NCBI GenBank assembly: GCA_965218585.1
Contig: CBDCLE010000017.1
Span: 32,001-96,000 of the forward strand
Reading direction: 5' to 3'
DNA from: Terriglobia bacterium
GTDB lineage: Bacteria; Acidobacteriota; Terriglobia; 20CM-2-55-15
DNA: 64,000 bases
The notes under the pieces were generated by a model. The model was not told where the DNA came from, did no database searches, and saw only the letters and a list, made by a program, of their open reading frames with translations. The stretch's first letter is position 1. Each line of letters starts with the position of its first letter. The translations under genes were made by a program, and so were the position numbers. Shown piece after piece: positions 1 through 9,982 of the stretch.

Positions 1-246
1 TGAATCGTGTTCTCATTCTCTTCCCCATTCAACATCAGGAGGAGGTCGGACGTCTGTATTCTACAACCCGCTCGGCGAGACACCTATTTCCTTCGGTTCA
101 CCGTGGAATGGGAACAAAACCGCCTCTTTCGGCAGCCGAGGTTGACTTGATCGCGCCATCCGGTTCAAAATTGGCGGTTCTTATTGCTGATTTCGACTCC
201 AAACAGACTCGTGGCGTAATAAAAAGCGTAATCTGTCGAAGTACCA

Positions 247-1575
247 ATGCCCCCAGAACCCGCCCACAGCAAGTTCAGCAAGTTGCGCGAATCCCTGACC
301 TTACGTCTTCGGGAGGCCCGCGCCTCGACGGACGCACTCTTTTCGATGCTGGACCCGGAGGCAATCTATGAAAGGCCGATCGCGGAACGGCACCGGATCA
401 TTTTTTATCTTGGACACTTCGAAGCATTTGACTGGAACCTTCTGGCGCGTACCACACTGGGCCTGGACTCGTTTAACGAGTATTTTGATGACCTCTTCGC
501 GTTTGGAATCGATCCAATTGATGGAAGACTGCCCAGCGACACGCCTTCGGACTGGCCAGCTGTCTCCGAGATCCATGCATATAACCTGCGCATCCGAGGG
601 ACGGTCGACGATTTCCTCGGAAAAGCTGACTTTGAAGCTTCCGAAGACCTCAAGAACGGATTGGTTTTTGAAGTCGCGGTCGAACATCGTTTGATGCACG
701 CCGAAACCCTCACGTACATGCTCCATTGGCTTTCTCTTGACAGTAAACACGCCCCATCCTCCGAACACGACATCTTTGGTCTTCAACAAAAGAAGCACCA
801 GGTTGAAATTCCAGAAGGACTCGCCACCCTGGGACGAGAGAAGAATGGCGTTTTCGGCTGGGACAACGAGTTCGGCGAAGTAGGGATCGAGGTTCCACGG
901 TTCCGGATCGACGTTCGGAACGTTACAAACGGACAGTTCCTGGAATTCATTCGCAGCGGCGGATACGATGACCGGGGCCTGTGGAGCAAAGATGACTGGG
1001 ACTGGAAATCGAAATCCGGTGTGACCCACCCGAGTTTCTGGGAACGTCGTGGAGAAGTGTGGATGCAAAGGAACATGTTCGACGTACGTCCGATGCCGTT
1101 ATCGTGGCCGGTTTATGTCAGTCACGCCGAAGCTGCTGCCTATGCTAATTGGGCGGGAGGATCGTTACCGACAGAGGCCCAACTGCATCGGGCTGCATAC
1201 GGAACACCGGACGGCGAGGAACGGGACTATGCGTGGGGCTCGAAAGCCCCCGGCTCCGAACACGGAAACTTCGACTCTCGCAGATGGAATTCCACTCCTG
1301 TCGGCTCGTTCCCCTCGGGCAACAGCGCTTTCGGCGTCTCTGATCTCATCGGCAACGGATGGGAGTGGACTTCGACTGTCTTCGAACCGTTTGAGGGATT
1401 CCAACGATTTCACTTCTACCCCGAGTACTCATCGAACTTTTTTGACGGCAAGCATTATGTGATGAAGGGGGGATCGGCGAGAACCTCCGCGTGCATGCTC
1501 AGGCGGTCGTTTCGGAACTGGTTCCAGCCGCACTACCCTCACATATACTCCTCTTTCCGCTGCGTGGAAGCATGA
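247..1575 (+). CDS. egtB: Ergothioneine-type sulfoxide synthase (DinB + FGE-sulfatase domains)
   Basis: Iron ligands in FYLGH and EHRLMHAET; FGE motifs FGWDNE, LPTEAQ, GNGWEWT and RRSFRNWF; ATGA overlap with egtD. Confidence 0.85.
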   Translation: MPPEPAHSKFSKLRESLTLRLREARASTDALFSMLDPEAIYERPIAERHRIIFYLGHFEAFDWNLLARTTLGLDSFNEYFDDLFAFGIDPIDGRLPSDTPSDWPAVSEIHAYNLRIRGTVDDFLGKADFEASEDLKNGLVFEVAVEHRLMHAETLTYMLHWLSLDSKHAPSSEHDIFGLQQKKHQVEIPEGLATLGREKNGVFGWDNEFGEVGIEVPRFRIDVRNVTNGQFLEFIRSGGYDDRGLWSKDDWDWKSKSGVTHPSFWERRGEVWMQRNMFDVRPMPLSWPVYVSHAEAAAYANWAGGSLPTEAQLHRAAYGTPDGEERDYAWGSKAPGSEHGNFDSRRWNSTPVGSFPSGNSAFGVSDLIGNGWEWTSTVFEPFEGFQRFHFYPEYSSNFFDGKHYVMKGGSARTSACMLRRSFRNWFQPHYPHIYSSFRCVEA

Positions 1576-2552
1576 GGCAGACCATACCGGCAGACCAGGG
1601 ACCCGACTCGGAGACAGGCCAGTTCATCGCTGCCGTTCGCAGTGGGCTCAAGGATCAAACACAAAAGACACTCGACGTCAGATATCTTTACGACGCCGTA
1701 GGCTCGGCGCTGTTCGAAGTCATCACACTGCTTCCCGAATACGGAGTCACGCGTGCGGACGAGCGCCTGATCGATCGCCATGCCGCTGAACTTGCAAACC
1801 ATCTGGGGCCCGACGTCGTCATAGCCGAACTCGGGAGTGGCACGGGTGCCAAGACACAGCGCATCATTTCGGCACTCAGAGGCACGAAACCTCTCATCTA
1901 CAGACCCATCGACGTGTCCGCCTCGGCGCTGGAGCGTTGCCAGCGGGAACTTCGGACTTTTGATCACGTCGAATTGGAACCCCTGCAGCTTTCGTTCTTC
2001 GAAGGTCTGGAGGCGGCGATGGCGCGAACGCCCGAGGACAAACGCCTTCTTCTTCTATTCCTGGGTGGGACGATCGGAAATTTCGACAGGCCTGCAGTTC
2101 CGGAATTTCTGAAGGACATCCGTGGAATCCTTCGACCCGGTGATGCCTTCCTGCTTGGAACTGATCTAGAAAAGGCGACGTCCCGTCTCCTCGCGGCCTA
2201 CGATGATGCTCTCGGCGTGACGGCGGCATTCAACCTGAACGTTCTGGCAAGAATCAACCGGGAACTTGGCGGCAACTTCGATGTCTCCCAATTCGAACAC
2301 GTGGCTCGTTACGATGAGGACGAACGCCGTATCGAAATGCACCTTCGAGCCCTCCGAGACCAGCAGGTCGGGATCACGGCTGCAGATATCGAGATCAGCT
2401 TCGAGGAAGGAGAAACGATCTGGACTGAGAGCAGCCACAAGTTCAACGCTGCAGAGATCGCAGAGTTAAGTGAGATGAGCGGGTTTCGGTGTGCCGCTCA
2501 GTGGGTAGACGAAGAATGGCCCTTCGCAGAAAACCTATTGGTCGCCGAATAA
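1572..2552 (+). CDS. egtD: L-histidine N-alpha-methyltransferase
   Basis: YLYDAVGSALFEVITLLPEY, ELGSG, YDDALGVTAAFNLN and IWTESSHKF motifs; ATG at 1572 overlaps the egtB TGA. Confidence 0.9.
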   Translation: MRQTIPADQGPDSETGQFIAAVRSGLKDQTQKTLDVRYLYDAVGSALFEVITLLPEYGVTRADERLIDRHAAELANHLGPDVVIAELGSGTGAKTQRIISALRGTKPLIYRPIDVSASALERCQRELRTFDHVELEPLQLSFFEGLEAAMARTPEDKRLLLLFLGGTIGNFDRPAVPEFLKDIRGILRPGDAFLLGTDLEKATSRLLAAYDDALGVTAAFNLNVLARINRELGGNFDVSQFEHVARYDEDERRIEMHLRALRDQQVGITAADIEISFEEGETIWTESSHKFNAAEIAELSEMSGFRCAAQWVDEEWPFAENLLVAE

Positions 2553-2562
2553 ACAGGTCCCT

Positions 2563-3165
2563 TCAATAGGCCGTCTCGTACATCCGGCGCCGCAGGTCCA
2601 TCTGCCGCGATTCCAACTCTCGGATCTGACGCCGGTACCGTCCACGCCCGATGTAATCGTAGACACCCATCAAAGCCATCATCGCCCCGATCAGGGCAAA
2701 AAAACGGACGAAGGAGACGTAGAAGAACGTAATCGAAGACGGGGCTAATGTCCTCGACATCAGGATCACTGCAATTATCGAGAGTACGCTGACGACACTC
2801 CCGATCATGATCTTAATTCTGCAGTTGGAATATTTCCCGCTCAGATTCATGATCTCGACTGAAATGCGCGCATGTTCGCGCTGCAGCGCGTATTCCTGAC
2901 GCGGCGTGCGCCGGGGCCGAGAATGCACACCCCGCCTGTACTTGTCGATGAGCTTGTCGTATTCGGCACGTGTCTTTGAATCCAGCAGCGTCTCGACGAT
3001 GAAGTTCAACCGACTCATCTGCTCATGAGCCCAGTCCTTCTTGTCGGGAGGATTCATGTCCGGGTGATAGACCTTGGCCACGTCCTTGAACGCACGTTTG
3101 ATCTCCGGCGCACCTGCGTTCGGGCCCACGCCCAACTCGTCGTAGAAAGTACGTATCTCGGCCAT
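2563..3165 (-). CDS. DnaJ (J-domain) membrane protein
   Basis: N-terminal J-domain (YDELGV...YHPD) followed by two hydrophobic helices. Confidence 0.75.
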   Translation of the reverse strand: MAEIRTFYDELGVGPNAGAPEIKRAFKDVAKVYHPDMNPPDKKDWAHEQMSRLNFIVETLLDSKTRAEYDKLIDKYRRGVHSRPRRTPRQEYALQREHARISVEIMNLSGKYSNCRIKIMIGSVVSVLSIIAVILMSRTLAPSSITFFYVSFVRFFALIGAMMALMGVYDYIGRGRYRRQIRELESRQMDLRRRMYETAY

Positions 3166-3228
3166 GGATATGCCTGATTATAAAACCGCAATCCCCCGAA
3201 ATCCAGCGGCCGGATCTCTATTCCCCAG

Positions 3229-3350
3229 GAGTGGTGGAGGCGCCGCTTAGGCTAGGAACCGAAGCATGGGCACCGCAGGCGTACGCCGTTAATACGTTGA
3301 GGATGAACATGCGCAGCGTGACAACGCCTACGCGGATGCATACACTACTC
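3229..3350. mobile_element. MITE/REP-like non-coding element with imperfect terminal inverted repeats
   Basis: Left end gagtggtggaggcgccgcttaggc versus reverse complement of right end gagtagtgtatgcatccgcgtaggc; internal GCAGGCGTAC...TACGTTGAGGA core. Confidence 0.45.
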
Positions 3351-3353
3351 TAG

Positions 3354-4436
3354 CTACTTAAGGCGGGGGTCCGCTGCGTCTCTTAACCCCTCACCCACGA
3401 GGTTGTATGAAGTCACCGTGATGAATATTGCCAGACCTGGAAACAGCGTCAGCCACCAGCCACTGGGAAGGAAGGCGCGCGAGGTGGCAAGAATGGCCCC
3501 CCAGCTCGCTGTAGACGGAGGCACACCGAAGCCCAGAAAACTCAGCGTCGATTCGATTAGAATCGCCGAAGCCACGCCGAAGGTCGCGGCCACGAAGATA
3601 GGTGCAAGAGTGTTGGGCAGCACGTGGCGAAACATCGTCCTGAAATCGCTGGCGCCGAGGGCCTGAGCAGCCAGAACATAGTCGAGAGACTTTATCTTTA
3701 AGAACTCACCGCGGGTCAGACGGGCGACCGTCGGCCAGCTGGTCAAACCAATAACCACCATGATGTTGAAGATGCTCTGCGGCAGGAACGCGACAACCGT
3801 AATGATCAGGAAGAAGGTCGGAATCGTGAGCATCATTTCGATCAGACGCGATGCGATGATATCGGTAACTCCTCCGTAATATCCCGCAAGGGCACCTATG
3901 AACACTCCGATCAGGACGTAGATTGACACGGCAACAAAACCGACTGAGAGAGAAACGCGCGACCCGTGAACCATCCGGCTGGCTATATCACGGCCGATGT
4001 CGTCGGTGCCTAGCCAGTGAGTACCCGATGGCGGCAGGATCACCGAAAACAGGTCGGTCTCGGTTGGAGAGTATCGAATCGGTGGAAACAACGCCCAATC
4101 GTCATCTCCGAAATTCCTTTCGGAAAACTCCTTGTAGCGAACGTTCAGGAACTCCGGTTCCCATCGGGTCAAACCCAGCCAGACCCCGTAGCTGTTCATC
4201 ACCGGAAAGTAAGTATTCCCTTCGTAGTTCATTACCAACGGCATGTCGTTCGCTATAAAATCAGCGCCCAACGCAATCGCAAAGAGGAATAAGACCAGAA
4301 CAAGGCCGACGACAGCGACATGGTTACGTCTGAACTGTCGGCCTACTATCGACCAGTAATCCTGACGTCGATTGGAAGTGGCACCTACATCTTCCGGTTC
4401 ATTCCCGAGCTCTGTGTTATGCGGATTGCTGTTCAT
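3354..4436 (-). CDS. Oligopeptide ABC transporter permease (OppC/DppC type)
   Basis: HWLGTDDIGRD, EAA-like loop YVLAAQALGAS, LSFLGFG; start moved to ATG 4436, which overlaps the upstream permease end. Confidence 0.88.
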   Translation of the reverse strand: MNSNPHNTELGNEPEDVGATSNRRQDYWSIVGRQFRRNHVAVVGLVLVLFLFAIALGADFIANDMPLVMNYEGNTYFPVMNSYGVWLGLTRWEPEFLNVRYKEFSERNFGDDDWALFPPIRYSPTETDLFSVILPPSGTHWLGTDDIGRDIASRMVHGSRVSLSVGFVAVSIYVLIGVFIGALAGYYGGVTDIIASRLIEMMLTIPTFFLIITVVAFLPQSIFNIMVVIGLTSWPTVARLTRGEFLKIKSLDYVLAAQALGASDFRTMFRHVLPNTLAPIFVAATFGVASAILIESTLSFLGFGVPPSTASWGAILATSRAFLPSGWWLTLFPGLAIFITVTSYNLVGEGLRDAADPRLK

Positions 4437-5424
4437 ACCTGATTCTGGGATCGACAATCGTATAGAGAATGTCCGCAATCAAAATTCCCAACAGAGTCAG
4501 AAACGCACTGATCGTAAAGACAGCCATGATGACGGGATAGTCGCGCAACAGGACCGCTTCCCATCCCAGCTGACCCATTCCAGGAACCGAGAAGATTGTC
4601 TCGATCACGATGCTGCCGCCGATGAGCGTGGGCAATAGATTCGCCATGAGTGTCACAATGGGTATCAACGAATTCCTGAGGGCATGACGATAAATAACGA
4701 GTCGTTCGCTCAGACCCTTCGCCCGCGCCGTTCGAATAAAGTCCTGACGGACGACCTCCAGCATGCTGGAACGCATGTAACGAGACAAAGCCGCTAGCGT
4801 GTAATAAGTCATGCACGTAACGGGCAGGACGAGGTGCCACAAACGATCGGCAAACCGCTCCCAGAACGTCCAGTTGTCCGACCCGATGGTCTCAAGCCCG
4901 AAAACGGGAAACACATCGAGGAAATCGCCGCCCCCCAGATAGACGATCGCCAGCGTTGCGATCCAAAAATTCGGCAGTGAGTACAACATGAAAAGAAACA
5001 CAGTTAACACTTTATCGGTCCGACTATATTGATGCGTAGCAGAATAGACACCGAGCGGAATGGATATCAGGTACGCAAGGATCAGTGAGATACCACCCAA
5101 CTGAATAGACACCGGCACCCGTTCCTTCAGCTTGTCCAGAACCGGTCTCTGATCGCGAATGGAATTGCCGAAATCGAACGTGACAATCCGTCCCAGCCAG
5201 CTAAGATATTGCTCGTGGAGCGGTCGGTCTAAGCCGTAAAGAGCCCGCGTTTCCCGGATGATCTGCTCTGCCAGAGCCTGATCGCGTACACCTTGTGTAG
5301 CATTGCCGAGTCGCATCGTTGCGGGATCTCCGGGAGCCAACTGTATTATCAGGAAGGAAATCACGGAGATCCCGATCAAAGTGGGTATCAGTAGCAGGAC
5401 TCGCTTGATAAGGTATCCGCGCAT
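4417..5424 (-). CDS. Oligopeptide ABC transporter permease (OppB/DppB type)
   Basis: LAPGDPA, FIRTARAKGL, ETIFSVPGMG and DPRIR motifs. Confidence 0.9.
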   Translation of the reverse strand: MRGYLIKRVLLLIPTLIGISVISFLIIQLAPGDPATMRLGNATQGVRDQALAEQIIRETRALYGLDRPLHEQYLSWLGRIVTFDFGNSIRDQRPVLDKLKERVPVSIQLGGISLILAYLISIPLGVYSATHQYSRTDKVLTVFLFMLYSLPNFWIATLAIVYLGGGDFLDVFPVFGLETIGSDNWTFWERFADRLWHLVLPVTCMTYYTLAALSRYMRSSMLEVVRQDFIRTARAKGLSERLVIYRHALRNSLIPIVTLMANLLPTLIGGSIVIETIFSVPGMGQLGWEAVLLRDYPVIMAVFTISAFLTLLGILIADILYTIVDPRIRYEQQSA

Positions 5425-5476
5425 GATGGGAGGGCGTTCCGCGGGTGTAAAATCCGTCGTGGGCCCTATCGGCTGT

Positions 5477-7231
5477 CTATTGCGGGCCCATCCCGTAACG
5501 CTGGGCGAGAGTTGGTACGAACCATGTCGTCAGATCGTAACCCGGCCTTACCGGGAGAAATTCCGCGTTCTGAAAGCGGCGATGATAGGCCCCTGATTCG
5601 TGAGGATACATCACGAAAGTGTAGGGCTGTTCCTCGTGAAGGATCTCCTGGAACTGCCAATACATGTCCTTGCGCGTCTCCGGATCGAACTCCAGACGGG
5701 CTTCATCGATGAGGCGATCGGCTTCCGGATTACTGAAACTGACGAAGTTCGAACCGCGATTTTCGGCCGAACTCGAATGCCATATCTGTCTGGGATCCTG
5801 TTGCAGATCCGCGACCCAGTTAAAACTAAGCGCATCGAACTGCTTGTCGGTCGCACTCTCGGTCACGATCGTGAACTCAACGCGGCGTTCTGTCATCTCG
5901 ATGCCGACCTTGTCGAGTTCGTCTCTCAGTATGGGAAGCAGCTGTTCAATGTATTGACTGCCGGTGTATCCCAGAAATTCAAAACTGAACTTTACACCGT
6001 CCTTGTCACGAATCCCGTCTCCGTCATGATCCGTCCAGCCGGCCTCATCTAGTAGTTCGACCGCGCGTTCAGGGTCGTAGGGATAGGGCTCGATGCTCGA
6101 ATTGAAATCGGGCGAACTGGGACTGAAAGGACCTATCGCGATGTCGGCCAAACCAAACCGCAAGTTATCGATGATCTGTTGGCGCGGCACCAACATCGTC
6201 ATTGCCTGACGGACACGTTTGTCGGCAAAAAAGGGTCGCATGGGATTCCAGGCGATAAAATTCATCTGTGGAATTGTGTAACTGCCTTTAGCGAATTGAG
6301 CGTCAAAGTCCGCGCCACTGGTCTGTTGTTCCCACTGCAACGGGGTCATGCGAGGGTAAAAATCCGTATCGCCGCTCTTGAGCGAGGTCAGCGCGGCCGT
6401 ATTGTCCGTAATGAAACGGAAAATCACACGATCCAACTGCGCAGGCTCGCCCCAGTAATCGTCGTTTCGAAGAAGTGTGATCTGAGACCCGCTCTCCCAG
6501 CTCTCGAAACGGTAGGGTCCCGTACCGAGGGGTTGACGGTTCGCCGGATGACGGTTAAAGGCCTCACCGAACTCACGCAACGTATCGTCGTCTCTGGCAC
6601 TCTCGCCAAGTATGTCCGAGAACGAGTAGGAATCTAGGATGCCTTCGGGATCGTAAACGTGCTTCGGAAGAATGGGCACGCCGGCAATGACAGAATCGTT
6701 CATCCAGAAAGGTTGACTGACGACGAACTTGACCTCGCGACCGTCAACCTCCACGTCCGAAAGATCACCAAAATAACCACGCAGGGGAGCCGAATCCACG
6801 AAAGGCACCATCATCGCCTTTGCCGAAAAGACGACGTCGGCGGCGGTGAACGGCATCCCATCGTGCCAACGCACTCCCTCTCTCAAGGTAAACGTATAAG
6901 TCAGATTGTCATCGGAAATCTCCGGATAAGACTCCGCCAGAAGGGGCCTCTCAACCCGAAAGGTCTCGGGATCGTAGCCAAGCAACCCCTCACCTACGAA
7001 CGAACCCAGCGAGCCGTAGTATATGGTTGTGGAGGTCTGGCTCGACGATGTGATCCTATTCATCGTATCAGCTTCACTCTGGAGCGACAGGATCATCCAG
7101 TCACCTTGAATCGGGTCCTGGTCGCCCGCACCTGCTATACCCTCAACGGCTCGATCGCCTCCCCCGCAACCGGCCAAACCGAGCGGCAGAAGAACCGTGA
7201 GCATGACTAAGTTTCTGAAGCGACACCCCAT
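5477..7231 (-). CDS. Peptide ABC transporter substrate-binding lipoprotein (OppA/DppA type)
   Basis: Lipobox LAGC; SBP family 5 motifs TFTLREGVRWHDG and GTGPYRF. Confidence 0.88.
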   Translation of the reverse strand: MGCRFRNLVMLTVLLPLGLAGCGGGDRAVEGIAGAGDQDPIQGDWMILSLQSEADTMNRITSSSQTSTTIYYGSLGSFVGEGLLGYDPETFRVERPLLAESYPEISDDNLTYTFTLREGVRWHDGMPFTAADVVFSAKAMMVPFVDSAPLRGYFGDLSDVEVDGREVKFVVSQPFWMNDSVIAGVPILPKHVYDPEGILDSYSFSDILGESARDDDTLREFGEAFNRHPANRQPLGTGPYRFESWESGSQITLLRNDDYWGEPAQLDRVIFRFITDNTAALTSLKSGDTDFYPRMTPLQWEQQTSGADFDAQFAKGSYTIPQMNFIAWNPMRPFFADKRVRQAMTMLVPRQQIIDNLRFGLADIAIGPFSPSSPDFNSSIEPYPYDPERAVELLDEAGWTDHDGDGIRDKDGVKFSFEFLGYTGSQYIEQLLPILRDELDKVGIEMTERRVEFTIVTESATDKQFDALSFNWVADLQQDPRQIWHSSSAENRGSNFVSFSNPEADRLIDEARLEFDPETRKDMYWQFQEILHEEQPYTFVMYPHESGAYHRRFQNAEFLPVRPGYDLTTWFVPTLAQRYGMGPQ

Positions 7232-7319
7232 ATCGTCCCCCTCTGTCCTTACTGGTCGAAACCTATCGAAGCAACTGCCAAATTATGCCACGAAGCCTGA
7301 CCATTAGGCCCAGAATAGC

Positions 7320-8078
7320 TTATGCAATTCCAATCTTCCGTGCGACAAGATACAGTCCATTCAGAGTCAGATTTTCATCGGTCGTCTCGATCCACCTGGA
7401 CTCTTCCTGAACCAGACTGGCCATGCCGCCGGTGGCGATTACCCGGGCTTCGGCTCCAAGCTCACCCTTCATCCGCTCGATAATGCCGTCAACGAGGGAC
7501 ACATATCCCCAAAAGAAACCACTCTGCAGGCTTGCTACGGTCGACCGACCGATGAGTTCTTCAGGTTTCTTGATGTCAGTTCGAGGCAGACGCGCGGCCT
7601 GGTCGATAAGTGCGGCTGCGGAGATCTCGATTCCCGGACTGATCAGTCCACCCAGGTATTCGCCCTTCGCCGTGATGGCATCAAACGTCGTCGCCGTACC
7701 CAGATCTACGACGATCGCTGGTGCACTGTAATGCTCCAAAACGGCTACCGCGTTTACGATCCGATCGGCACCGACGTCCGCCGGTTCGTTATACAGAATC
7801 GGAATGCCGACATTCTCAGCAGTTGCAAACGTGGCGTCCAGGTTAAAACAGCGTCTGGAGACTTCTTCAAGGACGGCGTCCAGCGGAGGCACGACCGAAG
7901 CGATTATCACCGAAGTGATATCCATGCCTTCGATGGAAAGCAGATTTCTCAGCAGGATGATGTATTCGTCTACCGTCCGCTCCCGATGCGTCGAGAGGCG
8001 CCAGCTGTGGGAGAGCGACTCGCTGTCGTAGACACCGAACACCGTATTCGTGTTTCCCAAGTCAATTGCCAGCAACAT
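7320..8078 (-). CDS. coaX: Type III pantothenate kinase
   Basis: LLAIDLGNTNT, VGADR and VDLGTATT motifs. Confidence 0.92.
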   Translation of the reverse strand: MLLAIDLGNTNTVFGVYDSESLSHSWRLSTHRERTVDEYIILLRNLLSIEGMDITSVIIASVVPPLDAVLEEVSRRCFNLDATFATAENVGIPILYNEPADVGADRIVNAVAVLEHYSAPAIVVDLGTATTFDAITAKGEYLGGLISPGIEISAAALIDQAARLPRTDIKKPEELIGRSTVASLQSGFFWGYVSLVDGIIERMKGELGAEARVIATGGMASLVQEESRWIETTDENLTLNGLYLVARKIGIA

Positions 8079-8086
8079 GGCCCCTC

Positions 8087-9094
8087 CTATTCCCAATAGA
8101 CGACATCACCGCTGTAGACTTCTTCCACTCCGCCCTCATCCTGCCTGATCCTGAGCGCTCCCAGAGCATTCAATCCGTCCGTTGTCCCCTCTATCTGCCG
8201 GACTCCGTCATGGACCTTCAGTCTCCGTCCATGTGCAAAGCTGGAAAGTCTGGTCCATGGTTCGGTGATCGATACAGGGCCTTTTGCCACAAACCGGTCG
8301 TAGATCTTTTCGAAGGCGGCGAGAAAATCTACAAGGATCTCGATCCGCGAATGAAAACGCCCGGACTCGAGCCTCAATGAACTCCCGATGTCCTTGATTT
8401 CCTTCGGCATTTCACTATGGTTGACGTTGATTCCGACACCGACGATCATCGATCTGACCTGATCCAACTCACCATGCATTTCCGAAAGAATGCCGCACAC
8501 CTTCCTTCTCCCAACAAGAAGATCGTTTGGCCATTTGATATCGATCTGAAGTTCTGTTGTTCGTTCGATCGAATCATGAGCAGCCAGGGCTGCTCCGAGC
8601 GTCAGGAGCGGAGCGAGGTTAGACGATATGTCCGGTTTTAGAACGATGCTTATATACAGCCCGACGCCTGAACCCGAAATCCAATGTCTTCCCCGGCGGC
8701 CTCGGCCTGCTGTCTGCCTCTCCGCAACAACGGTCGTTCCGTGCGAAACGGAACCATCCGAGCTCACCAGGCTCGCTGCAAACGCGTTCGTTGAATCGAC
8801 CTCGTAGAGATGATAGAGGTTCTGCCCCATCGACTTCGTATGAAGCCGCTCGAGAACCAATTCGGGGATCAGGACGTCGGGAAGACGGGTCAGACGAAAT
8901 CCGGAAAACGGCTCACCAAGAATCTCCACGCCTTCGTTGCGCAGTTTGTCGACCAGCCGGAGAACCCGCGAATGAGAGATCCCGAGATCGGTGGCAAGCT
9001 TCTCCCCGGAAACGGGAACGGTCATGTTTCCGATCAGCGAATAGAGAATCGCATCCAGGTTCTGATCTGTTTCGCTGGTGCGTGACCTCGTCAA
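8087..9094 (-). CDS. birA: Bifunctional biotin ligase / repressor
   Basis: N-terminal HTH (SGEKLA), DSTN, QTAGRGRRGR and KWPND motifs. Confidence 0.92.
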   Translation of the reverse strand: MTRSRTSETDQNLDAILYSLIGNMTVPVSGEKLATDLGISHSRVLRLVDKLRNEGVEILGEPFSGFRLTRLPDVLIPELVLERLHTKSMGQNLYHLYEVDSTNAFAASLVSSDGSVSHGTTVVAERQTAGRGRRGRHWISGSGVGLYISIVLKPDISSNLAPLLTLGAALAAHDSIERTTELQIDIKWPNDLLVGRRKVCGILSEMHGELDQVRSMIVGVGINVNHSEMPKEIKDIGSSLRLESGRFHSRIEILVDFLAAFEKIYDRFVAKGPVSITEPWTRLSSFAHGRRLKVHDGVRQIEGTTDGLNALGALRIRQDEGGVEEVYSGDVVYWE

Positions 9095-9936
9095 CCCCGT
9101 TTTACCTGAAGGTGAATGTCCGCCCCAACAACGGAATGGGTCAGAGCACCAACGGAAATATAGTCCACGCCCGCCTCGGCAAAACCCCGGATGTTACTGA
9201 GCGTTATTCCGCCCGAGGATTCCAGGGGCACACGTCCATCAACTACCTGGACGGCACTTCTTGTTTTCTGGGCAGTGAAGTTGTCCAGGAGGATCATGTC
9301 CGCTCCTCCGGCGATCGCTTCTTCGAGTTGGGCCGGGTCGGACACTTCGACCTCGATCTTCATCGAGCCGTTCGTCTGGGCACGCGCTGTCTGGACGGCT
9401 TCCTTGACGCTGGGTTGAAAAACAAGGTGGTTGCTCTTGATCAGGACGGCATCGAACAGGCCGACCCGATGATTCACTCCTCCCCCACAGGCAACCGCGT
9501 ACTTGTCCAGCGATCGAAGACCGGGAACAGTTTTCCGCGTATCCAATATCCGGGCCCGCGTCCCGGAGACAGCAGCGACGTATTCCTCGGTCTTTGTCGC
9601 GACACCCGAAAGTCGCTGCAAGAAATTCAGCGATGTTCTCTCCCCAGCAAGGATGGAACGTGCATTTCCGGTAATCCTGGCTAATTGATCTCCGGGTCCA
9701 ACCCCGGCACCATCACGGGAAATATGGTGGAATTCGATATCGCCGTCGAAGAGCCTTACCACTTCTTCAGCTACAGGGAGCCCACAGACGACTATAGATT
9801 CCTTTGCAACGTAGGTTCCGACGGCGGTTGCTTCCTGCGGAACGACGAACTGAGAGGTCACGTCTCCGCTCCCCAGGTCCTCTTCGATAGCGGCCAGAAA
9901 CCGGTCCTTCAACAGACTGAGGTCTGGAGATTTCAT
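9091..9936 (-). CDS. nadC: Quinolinate phosphoribosyltransferase
   Basis: EDLGSGDVT, DTRKT, LLDNF and ISVGALTHS motifs; start set at ATG 9936. Confidence 0.92.
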   Translation of the reverse strand: MKSPDLSLLKDRFLAAIEEDLGSGDVTSQFVVPQEATAVGTYVAKESIVVCGLPVAEEVVRLFDGDIEFHHISRDGAGVGPGDQLARITGNARSILAGERTSLNFLQRLSGVATKTEEYVAAVSGTRARILDTRKTVPGLRSLDKYAVACGGGVNHRVGLFDAVLIKSNHLVFQPSVKEAVQTARAQTNGSMKIEVEVSDPAQLEEAIAGGADMILLDNFTAQKTRSAVQVVDGRVPLESSGGITLSNIRGFAEAGVDYISVGALTHSVVGADIHLQVKRG

Positions 9937-9982
9937 CTTGAAAATGCCACGGTGTTTAGAGCCGAAAGCGGGAGCAATGATG

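Noticed and set aside
1-30. Possible start of a minus-strand gene (ATG at 16 with a purine-rich SD)
   Set aside because: Only five codons lie within the window, so it cannot be supported.
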